Assembly: GCA_018715925.1 (NCBI GenBank)
Contig: DVKQ01000030.1
Location: 1-43,751, forward strand
Origin: Candidatus Onthousia faecipullorum
Lineage (GTDB): Bacteria > Bacillota_I > Bacilli_A > RF39 > UBA660
Direction: 5' to 3'
DNA length: 43,751 nucleotides
Made by a program: the position numbers and the translations under genes. Every line of letters begins with the position of its first letter. The stretch's first letter is position 1. Shown piece after piece: positions 29,919 to 39,106 of the stretch. The notes beneath the pieces are model-generated. The model worked only from the letters and a program-made list of their open reading frames with translations. It had not been told where the DNA came from and did not search any database.

Positions 29919-30506
29919 ATGGGTAGAAAGTTTTTAAGATATTTTAGTTTTGTGATTATTGTTTTTGCTTTAACTTTTGTTATATTATCAGGAAATAATA
30001 AGACTGTTGTAATGACATCTAATACAAATAGTGTAAAGAGTTTACAAGCTGTACATATTGTTAATAAATATAATTCTATTAAAGAGATGGAGAAAGCTAA
30101 AGAGCCCACTTTGTATGATAATTTTTATGATGCAATTAGTGTTGCTAGTAGTAGTCCTGTTGCTTTTATGGGAACTCTTACTGCATATGGACCAGATTGT
30201 CCAGGTTGTACTGGTAATAGTGCTTGTCCTCCTCGTCAGAATTTTAAAAATGGTAATATCTATTTTGAAGATCAAGTTTATGGTACTGTTAGAGTCGTTG
30301 CTGCTGATAGATCTATTCCATGTGGTAGTATTGTTAGAATAAGTGGTATAAATATATATAGTGAACCTATTCTTGCTGTTGTTATGGATAGAGGTGGAGC
30401 GGTTACTGGTAATCATATGGATTTACTATTTACAAGTCAAACTAATTTGGAAGGATTTGCCACTAGTCATAATATAAAATTTGAAATTATAAGATATGGA
30501 TGGTAG
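29919..30506 (+). CDS. membrane-anchored 3D-domain protein (cell wall lytic; at the yabE position)
   Basis: TAY, VAAD.SIP.GS, DRGGAVTGNHMDL; N-terminal transmembrane segment. Confidence 0.88.
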   Translation: MGRKFLRYFSFVIIVFALTFVILSGNNKTVVMTSNTNSVKSLQAVHIVNKYNSIKEMEKAKEPTLYDNFYDAISVASSSPVAFMGTLTAYGPDCPGCTGNSACPPRQNFKNGNIYFEDQVYGTVRVVAADRSIPCGSIVRISGINIYSEPILAVVMDRGGAVTGNHMDLLFTSQTNLEGFATSHNIKFEIIRYGW

Positions 30507-30542
30507 TAAAGTGTCTAATCTTTTGACACTTTACTATTTTTT
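30504..30542 (+). terminator. terminator after the 3D-domain gene
   Basis: AGTAAAGTGTC...GACACTTTACT followed by ATTTTTT. Confidence 0.8.
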
Positions 30543-30611
30543 AAAAAAAAATATTGCTTTTAGAAGTAAAGCTATGCTATAGTTATATTGTAGAAGGAGG
30601 TTAGATACAAA

Positions 30612-31232
30612 ATGAAAGATAATAATTCTAAACAAGTATTATTATCAGTGTTAGGAGTAGCTATTTTAGTTGTAGCAGTTGTAGGTGTTTCATTTGCAGC
30701 ATTTACATTTAGTCAAACAGGACAAAAAGTAAATACTATTAGTACTGGTACTATTACTATGTCATATAGTGAACCAGAAAATGGTATTACCTTGACTAAT
30801 GCAATGCCAATGCAAGATTCTACTGGTATGGACTTAGATGGTGCTAATGAAACTTTTGATTTTAGTGTAGGTGCAACTATTAGTGGTTCAGGTGAAACTA
30901 CAATTAACTATGCTATTACTGCTGTAACTACTGAAGGTTCTACTTTAACTGATGAATATGTTAAAGTATACTTAACTAATATGAATAGTAATGCAGATAC
31001 TGCTATTACTGGTTATACCACACCAAAAACAGTTAGTTCATTAAGCAAAACTTCAAGCGATGCTTCTGGTGCTCAAGATGGACAATATATTCTACATAGC
31101 GGAACATTTGATGCAACTACTACTGATTCATATCGTTTAAGAATGTGGGTTGCTGATAATTATGCAGTTACTGGTTCAAAAGAAACTTATACATTAAGAG
31201 TTAATGTATATGGTCAAGCAGCTGCTCAATAG
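30612..31232 (+). CDS. SipW-class secreted protein, paralog 1 (TasA/camelysin-like)
   Basis: Signal ending GVSFA-AF followed by NTISTGTI; C-terminal YRLRMWV; strong RBS; sipW nearby. Confidence 0.8.
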   Translation: MKDNNSKQVLLSVLGVAILVVAVVGVSFAAFTFSQTGQKVNTISTGTITMSYSEPENGITLTNAMPMQDSTGMDLDGANETFDFSVGATISGSGETTINYAITAVTTEGSTLTDEYVKVYLTNMNSNADTAITGYTTPKTVSSLSKTSSDASGAQDGQYILHSGTFDATTTDSYRLRMWVADNYAVTGSKETYTLRVNVYGQAAAQ

Positions 31233-31248
31233 AAGTAGTGAATATCTT

Positions 31249-31282
31249 GAAAAGTGTCTAATCTCTGACACTTTTTCTTTTT
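31249..31282 (+). terminator. terminator after paralog 1
   Basis: GAAAAGTGTC...GACACTTTT followed by T runs. Confidence 0.8.
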
Positions 31283-31350
31283 GTACAATTTTATTTGCTT
31301 GAACTCCCCTTTATATGTTATATTATATATATAATATTGGAGGCTTAAAT

Positions 31351-31959
31351 ATGGAGAAAAATGATTCAAAAGAAATTTTATTTTCTATACTTGGTATATT
31401 TATTTTAGTTATTTTGGTTATTGGTATTTCATTTGCAGCATTTTCTTTTAGTCAAACAGGAGAGAAAACAAATACTATTACTACTGGTACTATTAGTATG
31501 ACTTATAGTGAACAAGATAATGGTATTAATTTAGTAAATGCCTTACCTATAACTGATGAACAAGGAAAAGTTTTGTCTGGTACTAATAATGTTTTTGATT
31601 TTACAGTTACTAGTACTATTAATGGTAATAATTCTGTTACTGTTAGTTATGCTATTACAGCTGTTTCATCTAATAGTACTGTTGATGATTCTGCTATAAA
31701 AATATATTTAACTAATATGGATGATAATGCAGACAGTGAAATTTTAGCACCTACTAAAATTTCTAGTTTAACTACTACAACTGGTAATGAAGCTTATAAA
31801 GCACCTAGTGGAGAATTTATTCTTTCAAGTGGTACTATGAATAGTTCTAGTTCTCATAAATATCGTTTGAGAATGTGGGTTGCTGATGATTATACAGATG
31901 CAACTGGTGGTAGTTATGCTTTAAAAGTAAATGTTTATGGAGCGGCGGCTGCTTTGTAA
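31351..31959 (+). CDS. SipW-class secreted protein, paralog 2
   Basis: GISFA-AF...NTITTGTI; YRLRMWV. Confidence 0.8.
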   Translation: MEKNDSKEILFSILGIFILVILVIGISFAAFSFSQTGEKTNTITTGTISMTYSEQDNGINLVNALPITDEQGKVLSGTNNVFDFTVTSTINGNNSVTVSYAITAVSSNSTVDDSAIKIYLTNMDDNADSEILAPTKISSLTTTTGNEAYKAPSGEFILSSGTMNSSSSHKYRLRMWVADDYTDATGGSYALKVNVYGAAAAL

Positions 31960-31989
31960 TATTTATATTTTTAGAAAGAGAGGAAGATT

Positions 31990-32595
31990 ATGAGTGATAA
32001 TAAAAATGATTCTAAATCAAAAGTATTGATAATTACAGCTATAATTGTTCTAATAATTGCGGTTATTGGTGTAAGTTACGCGGCTATATTTTATTCTAAG
32101 ATAGGTGATGAAGTTAATAATGTATCTACTGGTACAATTGTAATGAGTTATACAGAAAATACTAATGGTATATATTTAACTAATGCTTCACCTATGACTG
32201 ATGAAGTTGGTAGAACTTTAACTGATGAAAATTTATATTTTGATTTTACTGTTAATGCTACTATGAGTGGAAATGCTAATGTTGATTATGTAATCTCAGC
32301 TTCTAAAGATAGTTATAGTACTTTAGAAGATAGTGCTGTTAAAGTTTATTTAACTAGTCTTAATGGTACTAATGAGACTACTGTTCTTGCTCCAACTAAA
32401 GTATCTTCATTAAGAACTACTAATGATATTTTTTATGTTCCTGATAATCAATATGTTATTTTAGAAAGTAATTTTATAAAGTCTGAAAGCCGTAACTATA
32501 GATTAAGAATGTGGGTATCAGATGATTATGTTCTTCCTAGTATTAGTCAAACATATATGATGAGAGTAAATGTTTATGCAAATATGTCAGTTTAG
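31990..32595 (+). CDS. SipW-class secreted protein, paralog 3
   Basis: GVSYA-AI...NNVSTGTI; YRLRMWV. Confidence 0.8.
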   Translation: MSDNKNDSKSKVLIITAIIVLIIAVIGVSYAAIFYSKIGDEVNNVSTGTIVMSYTENTNGIYLTNASPMTDEVGRTLTDENLYFDFTVNATMSGNANVDYVISASKDSYSTLEDSAVKVYLTSLNGTNETTVLAPTKVSSLRTTNDIFYVPDNQYVILESNFIKSESRNYRLRMWVSDDYVLPSISQTYMMRVNVYANMSV

Positions 32596-32672
32596 GTGTA
32601 GTTATCTACACTTTTTCTTTACCTAAAAAAATTAGTGTGGTACAATTATCTTATGATAGAGGGTGTAGAATA

Positions 32673-33305
32673 ATGGATAATCAAAATTATAATGATGATA
32701 TTATGAAAAAAGAGTCTAATAATAAAGTATTTGTTGTTATTATTTGTCTTTTAATATTTATATTTATGGTAATAGGTGTTTCTATGGCTACTGTTACCTA
32801 TACTAGAGAAAAAGATAGTGTTAATACTATTAGTACTGGTAATGTCTCTTTAAATTATACTGAAAATACTAATGGTATTGATATTACTAATGCTTTTCCT
32901 ATGGCAGATGATGTTGGTAGAACTTTAACTGATGAGAATCAATATTTTGATTTTTCTATTAATGCTTCTATAAGTGGTAATGTAGTTGCTAACTATGAAA
33001 TTGCTGCAGAGAAAGTTGAAAGTTCTACACTCAGTAATAATGAAGTTAAGTTATATTTAGAAAAAGAAGTTAATAATTTATATGAAGAAGTTATGGCTCC
33101 TAAAAACTTTACTCCTCTTAGTGAAAGTACAGATTTAGGTACTATGGCTGGTACTATGCTATTAGATAGTGGTTCTGTTAATAAAACTTCAACAATTAAT
33201 TATCGGTTAAGAATGTGGGTAGATGCTAATGCTATTGTTGGAGAATTAGAAAAAAGCTTTGGAGTTAGGGTATCTGTGAAAGCTAAAATAGATTTAGATA
33301 AGTAA
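32673..33305 (+). CDS. SipW-class secreted protein, paralog 4
   Basis: GVSMA-TV...NTISTGNV; YRLRMWV. Confidence 0.78.
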   Translation: MDNQNYNDDIMKKESNNKVFVVIICLLIFIFMVIGVSMATVTYTREKDSVNTISTGNVSLNYTENTNGIDITNAFPMADDVGRTLTDENQYFDFSINASISGNVVANYEIAAEKVESSTLSNNEVKLYLEKEVNNLYEEVMAPKNFTPLSESTDLGTMAGTMLLDSGSVNKTSTINYRLRMWVDANAIVGELEKSFGVRVSVKAKIDLDK

Positions 33306-33362
33306 ATCTTAGTTTAGTTTTTTTGTGTTTATATTAGAGAATATTAAGTGGGTGATAACTTG

Positions 33363-34070
33363 ATGAAAAGAAATTATAAAGAGTGGTTATTGACAGCAAG
33401 AAAAGTATTTCATTTTATTGCAACAGTTTTAATGTATTCTATATGTTTAATAATGGTTATTGTATTCTTAGTTTTTGTTATTAACTTTATAGATAAACAG
33501 TATAATTTAAAATCTGGACAAAATAAAAAGAATCTTTTCTCAGCTTATACTATAGTTAGTCCTTCGATGGTTCCTGCTATAAATGTTTTAGATGTTGTAG
33601 TTACTGTTAGAGTTGATGGTCCTGAGGATTTAGAAAAAGGTGATATTATAACATTTGATTCTACTGATTATAGATATTCTGGAGTAACTGTTACACACAG
33701 AATTTTGGATATAGATAAGACTAGTAGTGGAGAGTATTTATATACTACAAAAGGAGATAATAATAATACTCAAGATTCATCGAGAATTAATTTTGATGCT
33801 ATATATGGTAAAGTATTATTTGTAATTCCAAAGATAGGTTATATTCAATATTATCTTAGTTCTATTCTAGGTTGGGTTGCTATTATTATAGTTCCTGCAG
33901 TTATGATTATAGGTTATGATATATATAAATTAATTAAGACAATTAGATCTTCTGATAAGGATTCTTCTGATAAAAAGAAAAAAATAGATAATAAGAAAAA
34001 AGATAAGGATAAGGATAATAATAAAAATAAAAACAAATTATTAAAAAAAGAAGGAAGGTTTAAGAAATGA
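33363..34070 (+). CDS. sipW: ER-type signal peptidase I (SipW, S26B)
   Basis: VSPSMVP, GDII, VTHRI, TKGDNN (Ser/His type); N- and C-terminal transmembrane segments. Confidence 0.92.
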   Translation: MKRNYKEWLLTARKVFHFIATVLMYSICLIMVIVFLVFVINFIDKQYNLKSGQNKKNLFSAYTIVSPSMVPAINVLDVVVTVRVDGPEDLEKGDIITFDSTDYRYSGVTVTHRILDIDKTSSGEYLYTTKGDNNNTQDSSRINFDAIYGKVLFVIPKIGYIQYYLSSILGWVAIIIVPAVMIIGYDIYKLIKTIRSSDKDSSDKKKKIDNKKKDKDKDNNKNKNKLLKKEGRFKK

Positions 34071-34609
34071 AAAAAGTAGTTATGTTGTTTTTAGCAGGAA
34101 TTGCCTTATTTGCATTTATATTTGCGACTTCAATGTTATGGTATAGATTCTTTTATAATAATGATACTTCTACTAGTAGTAATGTTAGTAATGTTACCAT
34201 ACAACTTGATGATGAAAATAATGTTATAGATGAAAATGGTCTTATACCTTTAGATGATGATACTGCTAGAACTTTGACTCCTTATGAATTTAGGATTGAA
34301 AATACTAGTGATAGTGATTATACTTACAATGTTTTATTGGAAGATAGTATTATCAGTGATGATGCTACTTATTCAAGTAAAGAATTACTTTCTAGAAGTC
34401 AATTAAGATATCAATTAACTTTAAATGGAAAGATAATTAAAACAGGTAATTTAAACGACATTGAAAATAATATTTTAGATACAAGAGTTATTTCTGCTTC
34501 ACAAACTAATAATTATCAGTTACGTATTTATTTAGCTGAATCAACTTTTGATACTAATTGGCAAAATAAATATTATCATTTTAATGTTAAGGTACAAACG
34601 GAGGAATAG
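34067..34609 (+). CDS. distant member of the same secreted family
   Basis: N-terminal hydrophobic segment; PLDD, YEFRI, LRYQL, YQLRIY and FNVKV align in order with the paralog motifs. Confidence 0.65.
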   Translation: MKKVVMLFLAGIALFAFIFATSMLWYRFFYNNDTSTSSNVSNVTIQLDDENNVIDENGLIPLDDDTARTLTPYEFRIENTSDSDYTYNVLLEDSIISDDATYSSKELLSRSQLRYQLTLNGKIIKTGNLNDIENNILDTRVISASQTNNYQLRIYLAESTFDTNWQNKYYHFNVKVQTEE

Positions 34610-34611
34610 TT

Positions 34612-35301
34612 ATGAAAAAATTATTATTAGAATATGCTAATACATTTGCTTATACAATTACAGGACTTGTTTTTGGATGTGCTTTCTTCTTACTTTTTAT
34701 TAATTTCTATCATATGCAAGAGTTGAGTGAAACTGTTGATGTTAGTCAATATAATGATAATAATAAAGCAAGTATTGAAAGTAAAGTTCAAACTATTAAA
34801 GATAATATAGGTGTTTATAGTCAATCTACTTATAGAGGAAATCTTAGTATTTATGGACTTAATAATGTACAGGCAAGATTACAAAATTGTATTGATATAA
34901 TTGAAAGTGAAGAGATGATGAAATATCTTGAACTTGATGAAATAGGTATTAATGATAGTTATAATTTTGTAGTTGATTATAAAAACAATATTCTTAATGA
35001 CTGTTTAGTTATGCAAGTTGTTTCTATGCTTAATACTGATACGGTACAGTCTTTAACTAATTATAATGTCATTTCTCCATTAGTTGAGAGTAATGTTAAT
35101 AGCTTGTTAGATTCTGTTTCTTATGTTCAAAATAATATAGAAAATTCTGATCATTATTATTTTACTACTGATTCTAATAAAAATAACTTTTTTGATCTTG
35201 TAGAGGATAGTTATTCTACTACAATGAATAGTTATCAAAATACTTTAGATTTACTTGTTCAAATATCATATTGGTATAGAAGTATAGTGCTAGGAGGTTA
35301 G
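34612..35301 (+). CDS. hypothetical single-pass membrane protein
   Basis: N-terminal transmembrane segment, two Cys in the outer domain; tightly coupled to the sipW operon. Confidence 0.75.
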   Translation: MKKLLLEYANTFAYTITGLVFGCAFFLLFINFYHMQELSETVDVSQYNDNNKASIESKVQTIKDNIGVYSQSTYRGNLSIYGLNNVQARLQNCIDIIESEEMMKYLELDEIGINDSYNFVVDYKNNILNDCLVMQVVSMLNTDTVQSLTNYNVISPLVESNVNSLLDSVSYVQNNIENSDHYYFTTDSNKNNFFDLVEDSYSTTMNSYQNTLDLLVQISYWYRSIVLGG

Positions 35302-35304
35302 ACT

Positions 35305-35787
35305 ATGAAAAGAATATTTAATGGATTGTTTTATGGACTTAAGTTTCTTCTTTTAATAGCAGCTTTTTCTTTATCTTTATTTATATTTCTTAGGATGAAT
35401 ATGAGATTAGATAAAAGTTTTGTTTCTGTTTTACCACAGTTTATTCCTTTTGTAATTTTATTGATTTTATTTATAGTTAATATGTTATTTAAACAAGAAG
35501 GTGTTACTAAATGTTTATTCTATAACCTAACATGTAGTTTGGTACTTACTACTATAGTTCTTGTGTCATTAAGAGCGATTATGGATACTAATATGGTTTT
35601 AAATGGTAAATATGGTTATGGAATAGATTTTAACTTCTTTGATAACTTTCTTGCTTATATAGATATGATGGTATATGGATTAATTATATCTAATATCTTA
35701 TTTATGTTTAAGGAAAAAGATAATATTAAAGATGAGAAAATCGAAAGTGATAAAAGTAATAAGTCTAAGAGATTTAAAAAAGCTTAG
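35305..35787 (+). CDS. hypothetical four-TM membrane protein
   Basis: Four hydrophobic segments; AGGAGG RBS. Confidence 0.75.
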   Translation: MKRIFNGLFYGLKFLLLIAAFSLSLFIFLRMNMRLDKSFVSVLPQFIPFVILLILFIVNMLFKQEGVTKCLFYNLTCSLVLTTIVLVSLRAIMDTNMVLNGKYGYGIDFNFFDNFLAYIDMMVYGLIISNILFMFKEKDNIKDEKIESDKSNKSKRFKKA

Positions 35788-35831
35788 GCTTTTTCTTTAC
35801 AAAAATTTAAAGTATTAATATAATTTTTAGT

Positions 35832-36653
35832 ATGAAAGAAAGTGATATGATGAATGATTTTAAATTCAAGAAGAAGTATGGTCAAAATTTTTTGCAGAAT
35901 AAAGCGATTATTAATAAAATAGCACAAGTTGCTGATATTAAGAATAATTCATTAATTATAGAAGTGGGACCTGGTAGTGGTAATTTAACTGTTCAGTTAG
36001 CAATTTTGTATAAAGATAGTAATATTTTGGCTTATGAAATTGATACTAGTTTAAAGAATAGTCTTTTAGATAGACTTAAAGATTATAATAATGTTAAAGT
36101 ATTGTTTTCAGATTTTCTTAAAGTAGATATTGTTAGTGATGTAAGTGAGTATGATTATAATGGTCTTTATTTTGTTAGTAATGTTCCTTATTATATAACG
36201 ACACCAATACTTTTTAAATTAATCTTTAGTAATTTATCTTTTGAAAAAATAGTAATGATGGTTCAAAAAGAAGTTGGAGATAGATTTTGTAGTAAAGTAA
36301 ATACTAAAGACTATGGGGCACTTACGGTTATACTTAATTACTTCTTTAATGTGAGAAAAGAGTTTGTTGTTGATAGAAATCAATTTTATCCTAGGCCAAA
36401 TGTTGATAGTGTTGTGGTATCTTTTAGCAGAAAAGAAATATTAGAGAGATTAGATGATAAAGACTTTTTTATGAAGCTTGTTCATGATAGTTTTCAGTTT
36501 AGAAGAAAGACTTTAAGAAATAATTTAAAAAAATATAATTTAGAATTAGTAGAGTCTATTCTAAATAAATATGGTTATGACCTTAGTGTTAGAGCGGAAG
36601 CTTTAGATTATAAGATATTTGTTGATATTGCTAATACTTTATCAGATTCATAA
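35832..36653 (+). CDS. rsmA: 16S rRNA dimethyltransferase RsmA/KsgA
   Basis: GQNFL, EVGPGSG, NVPYYITTP; start may be a few codons later. Confidence 0.98.
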   Translation: MKESDMMNDFKFKKKYGQNFLQNKAIINKIAQVADIKNNSLIIEVGPGSGNLTVQLAILYKDSNILAYEIDTSLKNSLLDRLKDYNNVKVLFSDFLKVDIVSDVSEYDYNGLYFVSNVPYYITTPILFKLIFSNLSFEKIVMMVQKEVGDRFCSKVNTKDYGALTVILNYFFNVRKEFVVDRNQFYPRPNVDSVVVSFSRKEILERLDDKDFFMKLVHDSFQFRRKTLRNNLKKYNLELVESILNKYGYDLSVRAEALDYKIFVDIANTLSDS

Positions 36654-36691
36654 TTATTTCCATTAAACATATAATTTAATGGGTGAATTTT

Positions 36692-37471
36692 ATGTTTAAG
36701 ATTGGAGATGTTGTTACTAGAAATTCCTATAATAACGATATAATATTTACTATTATTAATATTAAAGACGATATAGCTTATTTAAAAGGAATAGATGTTA
36801 GGCTTTATGCTGATAGTGACTTGGATGATTTAGAGATTGCTTCTTTTGATTATGATAATAATAAAGATAGAAATGATGCTTTAAAGATTAAAGATATGTT
36901 AAATTTAGATAGAAGTGAATATTTTTATTTACCTGGGAAGATTTTACATATTGATGGAGATAATGATTATTTAAAAAGATGTATAGACTTTTATAAAGAT
37001 ATGCATTTAGAAGCTTATGGAGTTAATTTGGAGGAAGATGATTTTTCTAAAGAGATTATCCCTTGTTTAGAGAAGTATAAGCCTGATATTTTAGTTATTA
37101 CAGGACATGATTCTTTTAAGAAAAATAAAGATAAGAGTAATTTAGATAATTATCAAAACTCAACTAACTTTGTTAAGGCGACGATGAAAGCTAGAGAATA
37201 TGAAAGAGGTCAAGATAAACTTATTATAATTGCAGGGGCATGTCAGTCTTTTTATGAAGATTTAATTAAAGCAGGAGCTAACTTTGCTTCTAGTCCTAAG
37301 AGAATTAATATTCATGCCCTTGATCCTGCTATTATTGCAAGTACTGTTGCTCTATCTCCTAAGAATAAAGAGATTGATTTAATAAATCTTTTATCTAAGA
37401 CACATTATGGTAGTGATGGTATGGGTGGTATTATTACTAATGGTGTTATGTATGTGGGGTATCCTAGATGA
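36692..37471 (+). CDS. yabG: sporulation peptidase YabG
   Basis: PGKILHIDGD, VITGHD, AGACQS, GANFASSP. Confidence 0.96.
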   Translation: MFKIGDVVTRNSYNNDIIFTIINIKDDIAYLKGIDVRLYADSDLDDLEIASFDYDNNKDRNDALKIKDMLNLDRSEYFYLPGKILHIDGDNDYLKRCIDFYKDMHLEAYGVNLEEDDFSKEIIPCLEKYKPDILVITGHDSFKKNKDKSNLDNYQNSTNFVKATMKAREYERGQDKLIIIAGACQSFYEDLIKAGANFASSPKRINIHALDPAIIASTVALSPKNKEIDLINLLSKTHYGSDGMGGIITNGVMYVGYPR

Positions 37472-37680
37472 ACGTAGATAAAGTAAGAAGTGAGATTAAA
37501 TCTAAAGAAGGTAAGATTCTTCATTTTAAGTTTAATGGTAGTAGAAATCAAATAGTGGAATTTGAAGGAGAGATAATAGAGACATATCAAGCGATATTTG
37601 TTGTTAAACTAACGGACAATAATATTAAGTCTTTTTCTTATAGTGATTTAATTACTTCTAGTTTAGAGATATTTAAGTAA
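37468..37680 (+). CDS. veg: Veg family protein
   Basis: NGSR, GEIIETY, SFSYSDL; follows yabG. Confidence 0.92.
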   Translation: MNVDKVRSEIKSKEGKILHFKFNGSRNQIVEFEGEIIETYQAIFVVKLTDNNIKSFSYSDLITSSLEIFK

Positions 37681-37769
37681 ATAATTTGACAACTTTTAAA
37701 AATAGTATTGCAAAAGTTAGTTAACTGGTATAAAATTTAGTTATAAGACTTAGTATTAGGAGGTTACAT

Positions 37770-38048
37770 ATGAAAATTACATCTGTAAATGTACGTAAAA
37801 TTGAAAAAGAAGGAAGTCGCATGAAAGGTATTGCATCTGTTTTAATTGATGATTCTTTTGCAGTTCATGATATTAGAATCATTGAAGGTGATAATGGACT
37901 TTTCATTGCTATGCCTAGTAGAAAGACTCAAGCTGGAGGATATCGTGATATTGCACATCCAATTAATCCAGAAGTTAGAGCGATGTTTCAAGATAAAATT
38001 ATTGAAGCATACAATAACATTAAAGATGAAGATTCTAAAGAAGATTAG
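37770..38048 (+). CDS. spoVG: septation regulator SpoVG
   Basis: [22 protein letters not shown]. Confidence 0.97.
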   Translation: MKITSVNVRKIEKEGSRMKGIASVLIDDSFAVHDIRIIEGDNGLFIAMPSRKTQAGGYRDIAHPINPEVRAMFQDKIIEAYNNIKDEDSKED

Positions 38049-38092
38049 TTCTTCTTTTTTTGTTTTTAGCATATCATTTATTAGGTGATGAT

Positions 38093-38392
38093 ATGGAAAA
38101 TAGGGAAGCAATTATTAATAATTATAATCATAGTATTACGATTACAGAAAGAAAGAATTTACTTATAACTGGTGTTAAAAAAATAGAAAACTTTGATAGT
38201 GAAGAATTTTTACTTGAGACAGTTATGGGATATTTGGCTGTTAAAGGAGAAGATTTAGAACTTGTTAAATTAGATACATTAGCAGGTAATGTTTCTATTA
38301 AAGGCTTAGTGAAGGGATTTTCTTATATGGATGATAATAGCGGTAAGAAAGAAAAAGAAGGGGCTAGTGTCTTTAATAGATTGTTTAGATGA
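38093..38392 (+). CDS. yabP: sporulation protein YabP
   Basis: ITGVKKIENFD, LETVMG, FNRLFR. Confidence 0.93.
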   Translation: MENREAIINNYNHSITITERKNLLITGVKKIENFDSEEFLLETVMGYLAVKGEDLELVKLDTLAGNVSIKGLVKGFSYMDDNSGKKEKEGASVFNRLFR

Positions 38393-38724
38393 TGAGTTTA
38401 ACAGAACAAGTAATAGCTTTAATCTTTTCTTTTATATATGGAGGAGTTTTGTCAGTCTTATATAACTTTAATTATAATTTGCTTTTTTATAAAAATATAG
38501 TTGTTAAGATTATATTTAATATTTTATTTGTTTTAGATTTAGTACTTCTTTATTTCCTTGTTATGAGGAGAATAAATAATGCTATTATTCATCCATATTT
38601 CTATATATTTATTATACTTGGCTTTTTTTCGGCTTTTGATATTACTAAGAGATTTAGAAAAATATTAAAGATGCCTCCTTTAAAGAAAAAGCCTAAAAAA
38701 GGTGACCAAAAGTGTAAAAAGTGA
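38389..38724 (+). CDS. yabQ: spore cortex protein YabQ (short)
   Basis: MSLTEQ start, hydrophobic, between yabP and divIC. Confidence 0.75.
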   Translation: MMSLTEQVIALIFSFIYGGVLSVLYNFNYNLLFYKNIVVKIIFNILFVLDLVLLYFLVMRRINNAIIHPYFYIFIILGFFSAFDITKRFRKILKMPPLKKKPKKGDQKCKK

Positions 38725-38763
38725 CTAGTTAATATTGAACTAGTTTTTTTATGAGTCTATAAT
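38724..38763 (+). promoter_or_regulatory. terminator after yabQ overlapping a sigma-A promoter for divIC
   Basis: ACTAGTT...AACTAGT plus a T run; TTGAAC-17 bp-TATAAT. Confidence 0.6.
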
Positions 38764-38791
38764 ATATGTTAGGAAAGTGGGTGAAAATTTA

Positions 38792-39100
38792 ATGGCTAAG
38801 AAGAGAAAAAAGAAAAAATTAGGACCTATTTTATTACTTTGTGTTTCTTTTGCTGTTATAATTTTTACTACATTTACAATTTTTAGATATTGGACTATGA
38901 TATATAGTAAATATCAAGAAAAAGGTGAGTTACAAAAAGAACTTGCTTCCTTAAAAGATAAAGAGGAAGAGTTAGAGTCTGATGTTAATAAGTTACAAGA
39001 CTCTGATTATATTGCAAGATATGCAAGAGAAAAGTATTATTATTCTAAAGATGGAGAGTTAATCTTAAAAATACCTGATGATGAAGAAGAAAGTGAGTAG
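38792..39100 (+). CDS. divIC: septum formation initiator DivIC/FtsB
   Basis: Basic N-terminus, transmembrane segment, coiled coil, DYIARYAREKY...GE. Confidence 0.93.
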   Translation: MAKKRKKKKLGPILLLCVSFAVIIFTTFTIFRYWTMIYSKYQEKGELQKELASLKDKEEELESDVNKLQDSDYIARYAREKYYYSKDGELILKIPDDEEESE

Positions 39101-39106
39101 TCAGTA

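Noticed and set aside
30612-33305. Type IV pilins or sortase-assembled pilins
   Set aside because: No class III G-F-x-x-x-E signal, no LPxTG motif and no sortase; the signals are SipW-class
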